A stretch of 64,000 nucleotides of DNA, taken from positions 15,934,001 through 15,998,000 of the forward strand of contig CM068749.1 in assembly GCA_035084275.1 (NCBI GenBank), written 5' to 3'. The notes below the pieces were generated by a model. The model was given only the letters and a program-made list of their open reading frames with translations, ran no database searches and was not told where the DNA came from. A program made the translations under genes and the position numbers. Shown piece by piece: positions 24,654 through 36,336 of the stretch. Every line of letters starts with the position of its first letter. Positions within the stretch are counted from its first letter, which is position 1. Source of the DNA: Hydrolagus colliei. Taxonomy: Eukaryota.

Positions 24654-27600
24654 TAAACTGTCCGTTTCGCTGAATTAGTCTATGCTAGTGTTTATACTCC
24701 ATATGAGCTTCCATCACTCCAAAACCCCTCTATTTTATTCTTCCTTTACGAAGCACATTGATGCTTTCTGCTTCAAGCTATTGCAAAAACAAAATTGGAG
24801 AATTCCCAGGGTGTTTATGGGCTGATTATGAATGATTAGAATCTGTAGTTCATCCCCTTTTGTAGCTTTAAGTTATTTTGGTATGTTATCATAATGACGA
24901 CATGATAGAAACTCACAATTTCTGCTTGCTCTTAAAATGAGTTCAGCAACATCAATTCATTTTTATTTTTCCAGAACAAAATATGGTAATGCCTAGCACT
25001 GTGACTTGCTAAAATATGCTTGCCTTGGAACTTCTTGGATACTTGCATGCTTTGACTGGACAGTATAGACAGTTCAAATATTTGTGTAGAATACATCAGT
25101 TCCCAGGGTTTTATTATTTTTTAGACATCTCAGAACATGGTGGTGTGCTGTGTTTGAGCACATAACCCAGTTTCTGTGAAATAAACAAATGTGAATATTA
25201 AAACCGAGACTGGAAGAAGTATATTACAAGACTATTTGTTCCTGTGAGATCCTGTGGTTTCTACAGTTTCCTTTGGTGTATGCGTGTGTATGCGAAGAAC
25301 ATGTGTGAGAGTGTCACAACACATTTGAAAGTTATCAGAACTCAGGGTTGCATTGCAGCTTTTAGCACATTTATTTTCTGATTATCCAAATGAATCATTC
25401 TTGGACTAGTTTAATGCCTTACTGTGCTGTACAAATTTACCATTTCTCATTGCTGTCTCTTAAAACTCACCATTGCATGTTAGCTAAAATTAAGCAGATG
25501 TATTTCTTTCATCAGACCTGGTTTAACTGTCCATCTGACATAGCAGACTGATTTACTCCTAATGGTATTTTTGATATCAATGTCATTACAACAGGAGGAG
25601 AGAATATTTCCTGGCTAGAAATACTGTACTCCAGATTTTACGTTTTCTGCATTGTATATGGAATAATGGAGTTTTGAATGTTTGGTAGTTCATATTGTCT
25701 TTACTTTAGCTGAATTCAGAATAATGGACCTATTAATACATACATCCTACTGCATACATGGACTTTACTGCAAACCAATTTCATAACCTTCTCAGTTACT
25801 ACACTTAGAGCTGGAACAATACTTCGCTCTTAAAAATGTTGTAAAAGTTTTTTGTCGATCCTTTTTTTATTCTCTTCAATATCAACTCCTCAATTCTTAA
25901 AATGCATCATCTTGCAAAAATGGAAAGTGATGTAAACAGAAACTGAAAAATACACAACAGATAAATCCGCATCTGAAAACTGAAATGTTACATTTTAGTT
26001 GAGGATTGAGTCTTTGCAATGCTGTCTCACTTTGGGTTTTTTCACTCAGTCTTGCAGTTGGCATTTTTTCCACATCACATAAAGGTGAATTTAACAACAA
26101 CAAATTCTATTTCTTTATTCCACAGTTACAATAAAGAGTACAGTTGAGCACAGATCCCATCCCGCCCCCTCTGAGTTAGATGTCATTGGAATATTACAAT
26201 TGGCCTCTGGGTTTAGGGGCAAATCAGCTTGACTTGCCTCTCTTGTTCATAACCCAGGCACACCAATATGTTTTATTCATTTGGTCCCTTGTTGAGAAAA
26301 AGAACAAGGAAAACACTCTTCCTCTCCACCCCCACCATGGAGTGATATAGCAAGCTCGCTTACAAGTATTAGCTATTAGAGTGGTGATTTTTATCTGTTT
26401 CTTTGTGGAAAGAAATTAAGTTATTTCCTTGATGGGAAGAGGGGAGCAAACGATGGTCAGAGAGAGTGGGGGTGATTTTAACACTCAGCTTAGCAGTAAC
26501 GTCACATTCTCATTGTTCAAAGGCAACAAACTCTGGTGAACTAAGAATTTCCACAAGGCAGAGATGTCAATATCACATTCTTCAGTTTATTGCTTAATTA
26601 TAAACTATTATTTCAATATGCAAGAATGAATGATATGGTTTTCGTTTTATTACCAGGAAATAATTAGCTGATATCGGGGACTCTTGAGATACAGAGGCAA
26701 GGATGAAGCATACACTTTGCACCCTGCTTGTATCTCTGTACAGTACTTCTGTCTTGATTAGTGTGAAGCTGATTATTATGACAAAGCAACATTGAGAGGT
26801 GTAAAAGCAGATTAGTAACACAGAGAAGTTCAGAACACCACAATGGGACTATGTTTCCTTCATCATACCTAAAGCTGGCTCGTTTGTTCCCTTTTGGAGT
26901 ATAATGACACGCAGCTCCAGTCTAAGGTAGAGATATCAATTATACCTTATTGCCCCCTTTTTAATTGTAATATATTATCTGGCATTTTGCAGGAATGAAA
27001 CGATATTGGCATCAGCCTGCCTGGATAAATCAGAATATGACAATTTTAATTGAAGGCACCACAAAACACTAATAAAAAAATACACTAAATGCCTTCAGCC
27101 TAATGCTTAGAACACAGATGTACAGTTCTGGGAACAGGCAGTTGGAGTTTGCAATAACTTTTTAGGTTTTAGATTTCTGACATGCAGTAAAATGTTCAAT
27201 ATAGACCATTGATAATCCCAATAATAACATGAAAATACAGCCTTATATTCTACCTGCAATGAAAACTGATAATCATAGCCCCATTTCATGTGCTGTCATG
27301 TTTTTAAAATAACCCGTAGAATTACTTGGTATTCATTCAAGAAAGTATTTTTTTTAAAATGAAAAAATCTTCATGAATATAATCAAGAAATTAAGGGAAA
27401 GGCAAAATAAGACGCTTGCTTTGCCAATGCTTTATTCATCCAGAATAAATATACATCCTGGTCACCCAAGCAGGAAATGATAATTAAAGTTTATTGGTTC
27501 GTTGAGCTATGAATTTATTTAATGATGTATGCTTATTACTGCAGAAACCGTCACGTGTCAGTTACTTTCAGGGATCATACATGACCTTTAAAACATATTA

Positions 27601-28009
27601 TGGGAAAGCAAAAATTCTGTGTAAACATATTCTTCACTGTAACACACTTCTACAAAGATAATGGGATCAACCGTGTGAAAACTGCAAATTGTCCTGTTCC
27701 CTTGATCACAGACCTCTTGGCTTCAACACAATACATTGTTTCATTTGTTTGCTCTTCGTTCTTTCTCTGATCTATCTATCAAAAAGTTCTATGTGTCACT
27801 TCCCTTTGAAGCAACCACTAATTATTTCATTTTTTCCCTTTTATTAAGGAAGTAATGATGGTGCAAGTTTTCACACAAAATTGTTTCTGCTTTGTTACGA
27901 ATTCGCTCATTTTCCCCTTAATTTAGGAGTAAAGTACTTTGTAATTTTAAACAACCAATTCACTTTTTTTTCTGTACAGAGTGAGTGAAGATGCGTGCAT
28001 GTTGATGCA

Positions 28010-28235
28010 CTTTATTTTTGAATTGAGAAAGCTGAGTGAAAGGCCAAGGTCCATAATGCAGGGCACAAGGGAGGCTGAAAAGACTGAGAGAGAATACGAT
28101 ACAGAGCAAGTTGTGGCAAGCTTGTGTTATAATGGGCTGTGGATTGGAGGAGGCAGAGAACACAAAGGGAGGTAAAAGTTCCACAGCTTTGAGGTCCTGG
28201 GAAAGAATGAGTTAGAGTTGGAGATTTCAATGCAG
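28010..28235 (-). mobile_element. CR1/L2-group LINE 3' end
   Basis: Minus strand reads NSFFPRTSKLWNFLPPFVF (SFFPRTxxLWNxLP motif). Confidence 0.7.
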
Positions 28236-28425
28236 AGAGAGAGAATGTGTAGGACAGACTATTTGGAGTTCAGCAGACATATCTATGCTAATTGATAAGA
28301 TTTGCTGCAACAATTGACAACATTTTTACTGAGCCTAAGCAATACTCTCTACTGGTATTGAAATTAGTCTGTGGTAAAGACTCAGGGTTCGTTTATCAGA
28401 ACGATTTACTGTAATTATACATATA

Positions 28426-28533
28426 CAAGGTGACTGTAAAAGCATGAAGCTACCCTATTATCTAAAAAAAATCATAATTTCTTTAAGACTTATTAGAGTC
28501 TTGTAATAGTATTACAACTTTTTGGTCACCCTG
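28426..28533. mobile_element. Degenerate Tc1/mariner-type MITE
   Basis: TA-flanked; left CAAGGTGACTGTAAAAG vs right reverse complement CAGGGTGACCAAAAAG; AT-rich interior with small palindromes. Confidence 0.5.
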
Positions 28534-29432
28534 TATTATCAGCTGCTGGACTTTAAATCTTGTTGCTGAGGTTTTCTGTTATTGTACGTTAAAGCCAGTC
28601 ACACCAACATGAGTATTGTGCTGTTTGTATATCTGCACGAGGAAGAGAGAAACATTATTGTGGATTGAAGGACTGCTTTTCCACTACTACCAAGCAAAGA
28701 TAATATTGCTGCCAGCACATATAACATTTGTAGCCTAGCACCAAGTGGGAAATTGGGCCCCAGATGTTGTGCTTTAAAGAAGGCAGTTGAGTAAAGGACC
28801 CAGGAGTACAATATGGGAACTGTGTAAAATATATCAGTTAAGTACCTGTGTAGGAAATGCCCATACAGTAATTCAGCGCTGATTTTGCACAAATAGCTGT
28901 AACTGTTGCTTCAGGAATAGTGTGTTCATCTGTGTTTTCCACCAGGGAATTGAGGCTAGGTTGGCTGATTGAAGGCAAGTCTGACTGATCAAGCCCTTCA
29001 ATCAACCTGCCTGTTCTTAATTCTACAGTAAAGCACGTGACCAGGTGGTATTTACATTTAATGATGATTTTTTTGAGAATATCTGTTCTTTATATTACTC
29101 CCCCGCCTACCCCCACTCTAGGTTCCACTATGTGAATGGGTGTCTGATGTAATCCCTTTGGGACCTATGCATAAAAGTATGTGCAGAAATGCTTATGGCT
29201 TGTCTCGTGAGGGATTCTTAAATCAAGTGGAAAGTGAAAGAACTCAGCCAATCCTAACATGACATTTCAATAGGCATAATTGAGTTATTTGTACTGACCA
29301 CTGGTCAACTCTTTGAAGTCAAATTTTGGAACCACAAATTAAAATGCAAGTTATTTCAACCACGATTAACTGCACACAATAACATCCCAAATGGGTAGAG
29401 TCAGTTTTGCTAATGTTGTGCAGAATTAACTA

Positions 29433-30150
29433 CCGTAAATACCCGCGTATAAGGCGCACTTTTTTCACGTCGGAAGATGTCGAAAGTTGGGGGTGCGCCC
29501 TATATGCAGGTACAAGAAATTTTGAGCCTCGGAAATACGGTAAACAGGAGGGGCGGCCGGCGCGCTGTCAGCCGGGGTTTGGTCAGTGTCCGGCGGGGGT
29601 TGGGGGGAGCGAGTGATAGGGCTTCGGCCTCGGCCGCCCGGGCAGTGGCAGCAGCAGCGGACTTCAGTGCTGTGCCTGCTGCCTGTCTNNNNNNNNNNNN
29701 NNNNNNNNNNNNNNNNNNNNNNNNNNNNNNNNNNNNNNNNNNNNNNNNNNNNNNNNNNNNNNNNNNNNNNNNNNNNNNNNNNNNNNNNNNNNNNNNNNNN
29801 NNNNNNNNNNNNNNNNNNNNNNNNNNNNNNNNNNNNNNNNNNNNNNNNNNNNNNNNNNNNNNNNNNNNNNNNNNNNNNNNNNNNNNNNNNNNNNNNNNNN
29901 NNNNNNNNNNNNNNNNNNNNNNNNNNNNNNNNNNNNNNNNNNNNNNNNNNNNNNNNNNNNNNNNNNNNNNNNNNNNNNNNNNNNNNNNNNNNNNNNNNNN
30001 NNNNNNNNNNNNNNNNNNNNNNNNNNNNNNNNNNNCCTCCCTTCTGCAGCAATATCATCGAAAATGCTTCCGTTTTTTTTCACCAAGAAAAGGTCAAAAG
30101 TGGGGGGTGCGCCTTATACGCGAGTGCGCCTTATACGCAGGTATTTACGG
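29433..30150. mobile_element. Non-autonomous TcMar-Tc2-like DNA transposon (MER104/Kanga-type CCGTA termini)
   Basis: TIRs CCGTAAATACC[C/T]GCGTATAAGGCGCACT 27/28 identical; TA on both sides (29431-32, 30151-52); subterminal repeats GTGCGCCTTATACGC; interior contains the N gap. Confidence 0.9.
29689..30035. other. Assembly gap (347 N)
   Basis: Run of n. Confidence 1.
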
Positions 30151-30194
30151 TATCTATTGACAATTGCAAAGGTCCTTCAATGATCAAATGCTTA

Positions 30195-30576
30195 TGTTGC
30201 AGGGCCTTGGCCCATCCAACCTCTGACTTCCTAACACCCAACCAGCCCTTCTGCTCCCTCTGCTCAGTGGGCTCTGGCCTGCTCCATGTCCCCCGATCCA
30301 GCTGTCCATTCATCAGCGGGCGAGCCTTCAGTTACTCCGCATCCAACCTTTGGATTTCCATCCCACAATCTCTCCGCCTCGTCCCCTCCCTAGCCTCCTT
30401 CAAGTCCCGTCTCAAGACACTCCTCTTCAACTGTGCCATCGGTCACCCCATCTCCCCTCCCTTCCCTCCACCCTCCCCAATCCAAACCCCAGCTCGGGTC
30501 TGAAACATTGACTGTCCAGGGCCTTGGGACGTCCTCCTGAAGTGAAAGGCGGTATACAAATGCAGTTGTGTTGTTG
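30195..30576 (+). mobile_element. L2 LINE 3' end (ORF2 C-terminus, 3'UTR, tail)
   Basis: GLLHVPRSSCPFISGRAFSYSASNLWISIPQSLRLVPSLASFKSRLKTLLF, then ttgggacgtcctcctgaagtgaaaggcggtatacaaatgcag(ttg)n. Confidence 0.92.
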
Positions 30577-32207
30577 TCCTGCCAGTGACCGAGTTGCCCA
30601 AGTTCGAAGATTTTTTGAAACCAATCTTACCCCTCACTTGAAGGCATCACTCATGCTGGGTAGTTTGACAGGTGCTCTAATCCTCTCATGCCTTGATATG
30701 TCTTCAAACATGAACCTGGATACTGAGCGGCCGTGAACTGCTCATCATTGGGAATCTTCACAGCCAAACCTAAGCCTGCTCTTGCTCAACATCTGCCCCT
30801 GTGTGCTTTGCAGCAGGAATCACAGAGATCAAATTCTTTCCTTCTTTACGCAAGGCCAATTTTGTGTCAGGAGCAGGAATCGCAGCTGACCTGCTGTTCC
30901 TTGTTAACTTTTTGTCTTTTTAGCTACTACAAATTTTCTCTGGTTGTCTCCTCACAACCTGACTTATTTTTTCTTTGTATTGGAGTACGGCTGTCATGAT
31001 GAAAACCAACAAACTCAATACAAATCTGGCTTCAAACATATGATTTTCCTGGTGTGTATGGCTGTTTGCTGACGAAGGCATCAATGAGATCCTGATGCTC
31101 TCAGATACCTATGACCACTTGTGACGATCTTGGCAGAAGCATTTGAACAGGTTGCCTCATTTGTTGAGTTGTACTTTAGTGGAAGCAGGAGAGATAACAA
31201 AATGGAGGGAGGCAGACAAATCTCATAAACCCTGTTATTAGATAGAACAAGATAATGTTTTACTCTTTATCTTGCTGAATAAACACAAGCTACATATGGT
31301 TTAGCACAGCAAATGACTTGACTGTTAGGAATTAATATGTCTAGAAATGTAGTTCATGCTAGAGTAGGAAAGATTTTGTTGTCATAGAAAATTGGAATCA
31401 ATTTACCATGAATCTAATTTGCATTTAGAAATTAATTTAATGTGCTAAACTGTAAAAAGGTAATCTTTGAAAATTATAATTTGGAAAAAAAAGTGAAGCA
31501 TTTCCTTAAAAAGTGTATTGAGGTATAGAGTATTAATTAATTTCATTCGATGCACTTAAAGTTAAATTTGTTATGCTTGAAAGCAAGACAAATAAGGATT
31601 TGGAAAAATAGACTAATGATTAGCACTGTTGAATTATTTATCCAAAGCTGTTCATCATGGTGGTCCCTGAAATAATTATAAATAGATGTGCAACAGTGTT
31701 TGGGTAGTTGCCCAGATAAAACTGTGATTTAAAAAATACATTCGAATTTATGCCATTAAATTTCAAGCATTAGTGTACGTTTATTTTTCCAATATATACC
31801 AACCACTTTTCTTTGTATTCTGAAACAAATACGCTGCTGACTGCCATGTCAATATGTTTGCTTGTTCATTTAATCTCTGACGCAGAATTTCTGCGCAACT
31901 CTCCTTTTTGTCTTGTGAAACAAGTTGATGGCACACTATTTCAGTCCATATCCGCTCACACACAGAAATAACATTGTGTAGTGCTGTGAATAGAAGAATA
32001 CGAGTAAATTAAAGAATATCTCCGTGCTGGTTCTGAAATGACCGGACATGAAAGGTCACATTCATTCATGCAATGTGAGGATAATTTGCTTTTGATTTTG
32101 TTTCTCACACTGCTCCGTGCTGTGAGCTGCTATTATAATCCAGCCTCAGAATTCGGGGTTGCACGTGGCTGGCTGGAGTAACTGACCACTGTTTATGCTG
32201 CTGAACA

Positions 32208-32305
32208 GATAATAATAATAATCCTTGCATTTGACTCCCGTCTATAAGAAATCTCAAAGCACTTCGCAAAAATAGGGTAAAGTGAATTGACTGTATATTT
32301 TGTGA
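32208..32305 (-). mobile_element. SINE 3' tail fragment
   Basis: aataataataatccttgcattt...tctcaaagcacttc...gtaaagtgaattgactgtatattttgtg is the reverse complement of the 15975-16137 family. Confidence 0.8.
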
Positions 32306-33204
32306 GTGAATCCTAAATATAATTATCAGTTTGCCATTCTGAAATACTTTGTAAATAATCCAAAATAGATTGATATTAAGATACTAAAATACCATGAGTG
32401 GGAGCAATGCTGAGATGACAACATTATCTGGGAGGATATATATCATGAGTCTGGTTGACAAGAAGTTATCTTTTATATGTGAAGGTATCCAACAGTCTTG
32501 ATCATTCCCAAGGTGAAAATATTCTCAAGCTGGGTCTCCTTGGCCCAGATGTTGATGTGAACACAAAACATTTGGATAGTTTCCAGTGGGAAATGAAAGT
32601 CAAATTTCAACAGGAACCCAACCAATTTTTTCCATCATAAACCAGACCTCACAGAGTAAAAGTACCATCCCTACAAATGGCTTGGAGACCTACACCAGGC
32701 ACTGGTTAATGCTCAAAATAAAGTTGCCTTATAGAATGTTGCTTTGCATTTTATGGATGTACAAGGAAGCCTTTGATTTGATAAATAGGGAAATTGTTTT
32801 GTGCTTGTTAGTGAATGTATTAATTCAGGGCTTAATTCCGTTTGTTTACTGTGTTGGGTTCTAAAAGCCAGGAAAGTGCACCATGCACAGGTAATAAAAT
32901 GATCTTCAGATGGTGCTGATGTGTCATGGTATGTGTCATATTTTAGTGTCTTAATATGAATCTATTCTGGCTTATTTAAAACGTATTTCAGCAAGGCAGA
33001 CTGATAATAAAATGTACGATTCAAATTGCTTGAAACCCCTCTCATTGTGTCATTTTATACTGATAACCACTCAAGCTCAATCAATGGGACAATTCCAAAC
33101 CTACTTCTTTGAACACACTTTGAACACACTTTAGCTGATTAATGCTGGGGTATCATTCACAGGCAACCTTACTCAATGTCCATTCTTTGTATTTGAACAT
33201 TTCC

Positions 33205-33430
33205 ATTATTTACTATCGGAGTGGAGCTCAATCCTGCCTATCATCTTCGTATGATATTCACACAAGCATATTATCCAGCAGAAGCCATTGAATGAATAGT
33301 GATGAGGAGTACAAATCATGGCTCATGTTTTTACCATCTCTGATAATACTGAGACCAGTTCTCATACCCTAATGCTGCTCTGCATCAAACTTAAACTAGG
33401 CAGTGACCTTGAGAACTTTCACTTGGTCTG
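33205..33430 (-). mobile_element. Ancient tRNA-SINE (AmnSINE2-like) fragment
   Basis: gagctcaatcctg...cacacaagcatattatccagcag...atagtgatgaggag resembles the reverse complement of the 19780-20035 and 50970-51200 copies; highly diverged. Confidence 0.4.
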
Positions 33431-35264
33431 ATGCAAGACAGTAAATTTATCATTGAGCAGCTCTGCGTAATGTAATGGTATTATTTGACGCCTTCATTGG
33501 AATCCAGTTCTTTCCTATTTATCACCCAAACATTGTTTTTGGCTCTGAGGCAAATTCAAGGTTCCCATGAATCTTATCTGTGAATTGTTTTGTCTTTAGC
33601 GCAATGTGAAGTCCCAAATTAATTCCAGAGTGATTAAAATTGTCAGCTTCACCATTTGTGGCATGTTCTTGCATTGGGAGCTCATCAGTTAGAATATGCG
33701 CAGTCAGGATGTGTAAAAGGAAAGCACACACCAGAGATTAGCAGTGCAGTCGGGTGAGGTGCAGAAAAAGGGGAGGGGAAGACAAAGTTGAGGCGACGTT
33801 AAAATACAAGACACCATACTGAGAGATAAAGCTGGAACAAACTTTAATTGAACAGGCAACACCTAACAGAAAGGGCACTTTGGAAGTCAGCAGAATGTGC
33901 AGCTTTTACAATGGGGTCTTATGTGCAATAATCACAAATGGGATTTGAAATGCTAATCGTGACTTATGTTTGCAAATATTGAAAGTCGTCTCATTTGTGC
34001 TCTTTGTAAAACATCAGCCACCGTTTTGTTCCCTGGCCTTTTCCAGCGTTTGGAATGCAATTAGCTGCTTTTCCAAACTGGGCCAATTCTCAAATCTTCA
34101 ACGTAGTGAGAACAGAGAGAAGGGAGAAGAGAGAGAGAGAGAATATTCTATAAGGCAATTCAGGGTGAGCTGCCAATTTTGTCAGCCTTGGAGAAATGGT
34201 TGGTGAGGGAAAAGAATCTTCAATGGTGTTCCTGGAAACCAACATCATTTGGCAATTACATCTGGCACATTCAGCTCCTGCAAATGAGGGCCAGGGAAAA
34301 ATGCCCTCTGATTCCAGGACAAATTTAACAGGCGGGGTGCTGGAAAGGTTTTCCATCTGCTTAGTAACCTTTTAACCAGCCTACTGTGGATCCTTTGAGT
34401 ATCTTGGTTACTGAGGAAAGATTTCTGGCAACAGGACAAAACTTGTCGAGATAAATCTCTCAGAAAAAGGAAATGCACAGCATAATTGATGCTCAAATAA
34501 AAGTGTGCCAACACTAGGAGAGAAGTGCTGACACGGAGTAACATTGCTTTTACACCTCCTCTCTGGAGAAATTCAGATTAGTAATTCCCCTTGTGTGGTC
34601 CTGACCGTGTACTAAAAGTAAGCAAACTTTTGTCCAGGTGCCGATTTGCCATTGAATGCCAACAGAAAAGCCTAACAGCGTAGCGTGCATCAATTTGACT
34701 GTTTTTTGTGTGAAAGTTTTTTTTATATAAACACCCTGAACTAAAACATACCAGTGTCATTCTACCACTTGTTTGAGGTCATTGTGAAGTAAGAGCCTTT
34801 CTTCCCCCTGAAATGTTTTTTGTTGTCATATATTTATTCGTTGCTTTCTGGAGGGTGGGGGGGGGGGGTGGTGATGGTGAGGAGTGGTGGTGGGGGGATG
34901 TGGGTGGTGTTAGGTAAAGTTGAGCTCTATAAACTAATTATAAAAGTATACAGCTGAATTATCAAAACTATATATAGTAACGAGACCTTCAACAATCACT
35001 TATATGTTCCTGGGGTCAAGATCATTACAGTGTTAAATGTTCGGTGTGTGGAGCATGATGATATGAAACTCAAAACCAGCATCTAGGGGATTCAGTCACT
35101 GAAGAATTGACTCTAGACAGTAAGCAATACTGAATATGTTGCAGAAATCCTGTGCACCCTTCTGTCATTCCATTCAAATACACTGGTGCCTTCTTATAAA
35201 ATGCTTCATTCAAATTTTTATTTTCTTGACATTTACTCAAAATATCAGAACACATGTACCTGCT

Positions 35265-35591
35265 CCATCTCCCACAAAATACAGTAAAAGCCCGTTTATC
35301 TGGCACCCTTAGGACCTGGCCAATGCCGGTTAAAGTGAGTACCAGAAATTCAGCCGAAAACGGAAAGAAAAAAAAAATTAAATGCATTTTTCCGGATAAA
35401 TTCCGATTAATCGAATGCGGACCTTTTCTTTGCGGTGCCGGTTATACAGAAGTTACGGTTGATCGGGTCATGGATGAACAGGCTTTCACTGTATACAGTC
35501 TATTCGCGTTACAGTATATTCTGTGATGCGCTTTGAGACGTCTTGAAGATGTGATAAGGCGCTATAACACATGCAAGGATTATTATTATTA
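35265..35591 (+). mobile_element. SINE 3' half (host of the MITE)
   Basis: cccacaaaata [MITE] tatacagtctattcgcgttacagtatattctgtgatgcgctttgagacgtcttgaagatgtgataaggcgctat...gcaaggattattattatt. Confidence 0.85.
35282..35491. mobile_element. Tigger/pogo-like MITE (210 bp) nested in a SINE
   Basis: TIRs CAGTAAAAGCCCGTTTATC / CAGTGAAAGCCTGTTCATC (16/19, all differences transitions); TA duplication at 35280-81 and 35492-93. Confidence 0.85.
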
Positions 35592-35994
35592 ATCTTATCA
35601 CTGCTTCATCGCTTGTGCTCAGAAAGATCAGACGTTGGCTGACATGGCAAGCCAAAATGGTTGACTTGCAAAAACATCAGGTTGCTGCCGATATGACTCC
35701 TATGCATTGTGCATTTGTAGTGCACAGGAAGTAATACTGACAACCTGGTGACCTAGATGATGTCTCTTTTTGCTTACTCTGCTTCTTTCAATAAATTCTA
35801 GAACACTAACCGTTGGTCACTGGCGTGAATGTTTGGGATCCTAACTATTGTATATATAAAGAGACTCCATGGAAGTAATGGATACAAATTGAAGGTTGTT
35901 AACCGAGGGAATTCATCTTAGTAGCCATTCCCGTCTCCAAGTGTATATGTTTGGGACAGTGATACTTGGGGTATCCTTCCGACATGAAGTATTC

Positions 35995-36336
35995 ACCCAT
36001 GCTCCATATTGACCTGTCCACTTCCTCCGTTAGGCAGGTTCTGGCCTGCTCCACGTCCATCAACGGTTACGGCTTCAGCTTCTCTGCCCCATCCTTTGGA
36101 ACTCCATCCTGCAGTCCCTTCGTCTTGCTCCCTCCCTTGCCTCCTTCATGGCGCGTCTCAAGATCCTCTCTTTTCGACTGCCATTTTGGTTACTCTCCTA
36201 CCCGTACTCTCATAGTCCTCTACCCAGCCCCCTGATCCTAATCCCGACCCCCGACTCGATTCTAAATCCCATACTACCCAGCATCTTGATATGCCCTCCC
36301 AACGAATGACGCTACACATGTAATTTCTTGTTGTTG
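35995..36336 (+). mobile_element. L2 LINE 3' end
   Basis: TSINGYGFSFSAPSFG motif (decayed TxGGRAFSxxAP), cgtctcaagatcctctcttttcgac and a (ttg)n tail. Confidence 0.8.

Noticed and set aside
29465-30503. Longest ORFs in the track (140-305 aa)
   Set aside because: They are open only because they run through the N gap; the real parts are transposon and L2 sequence
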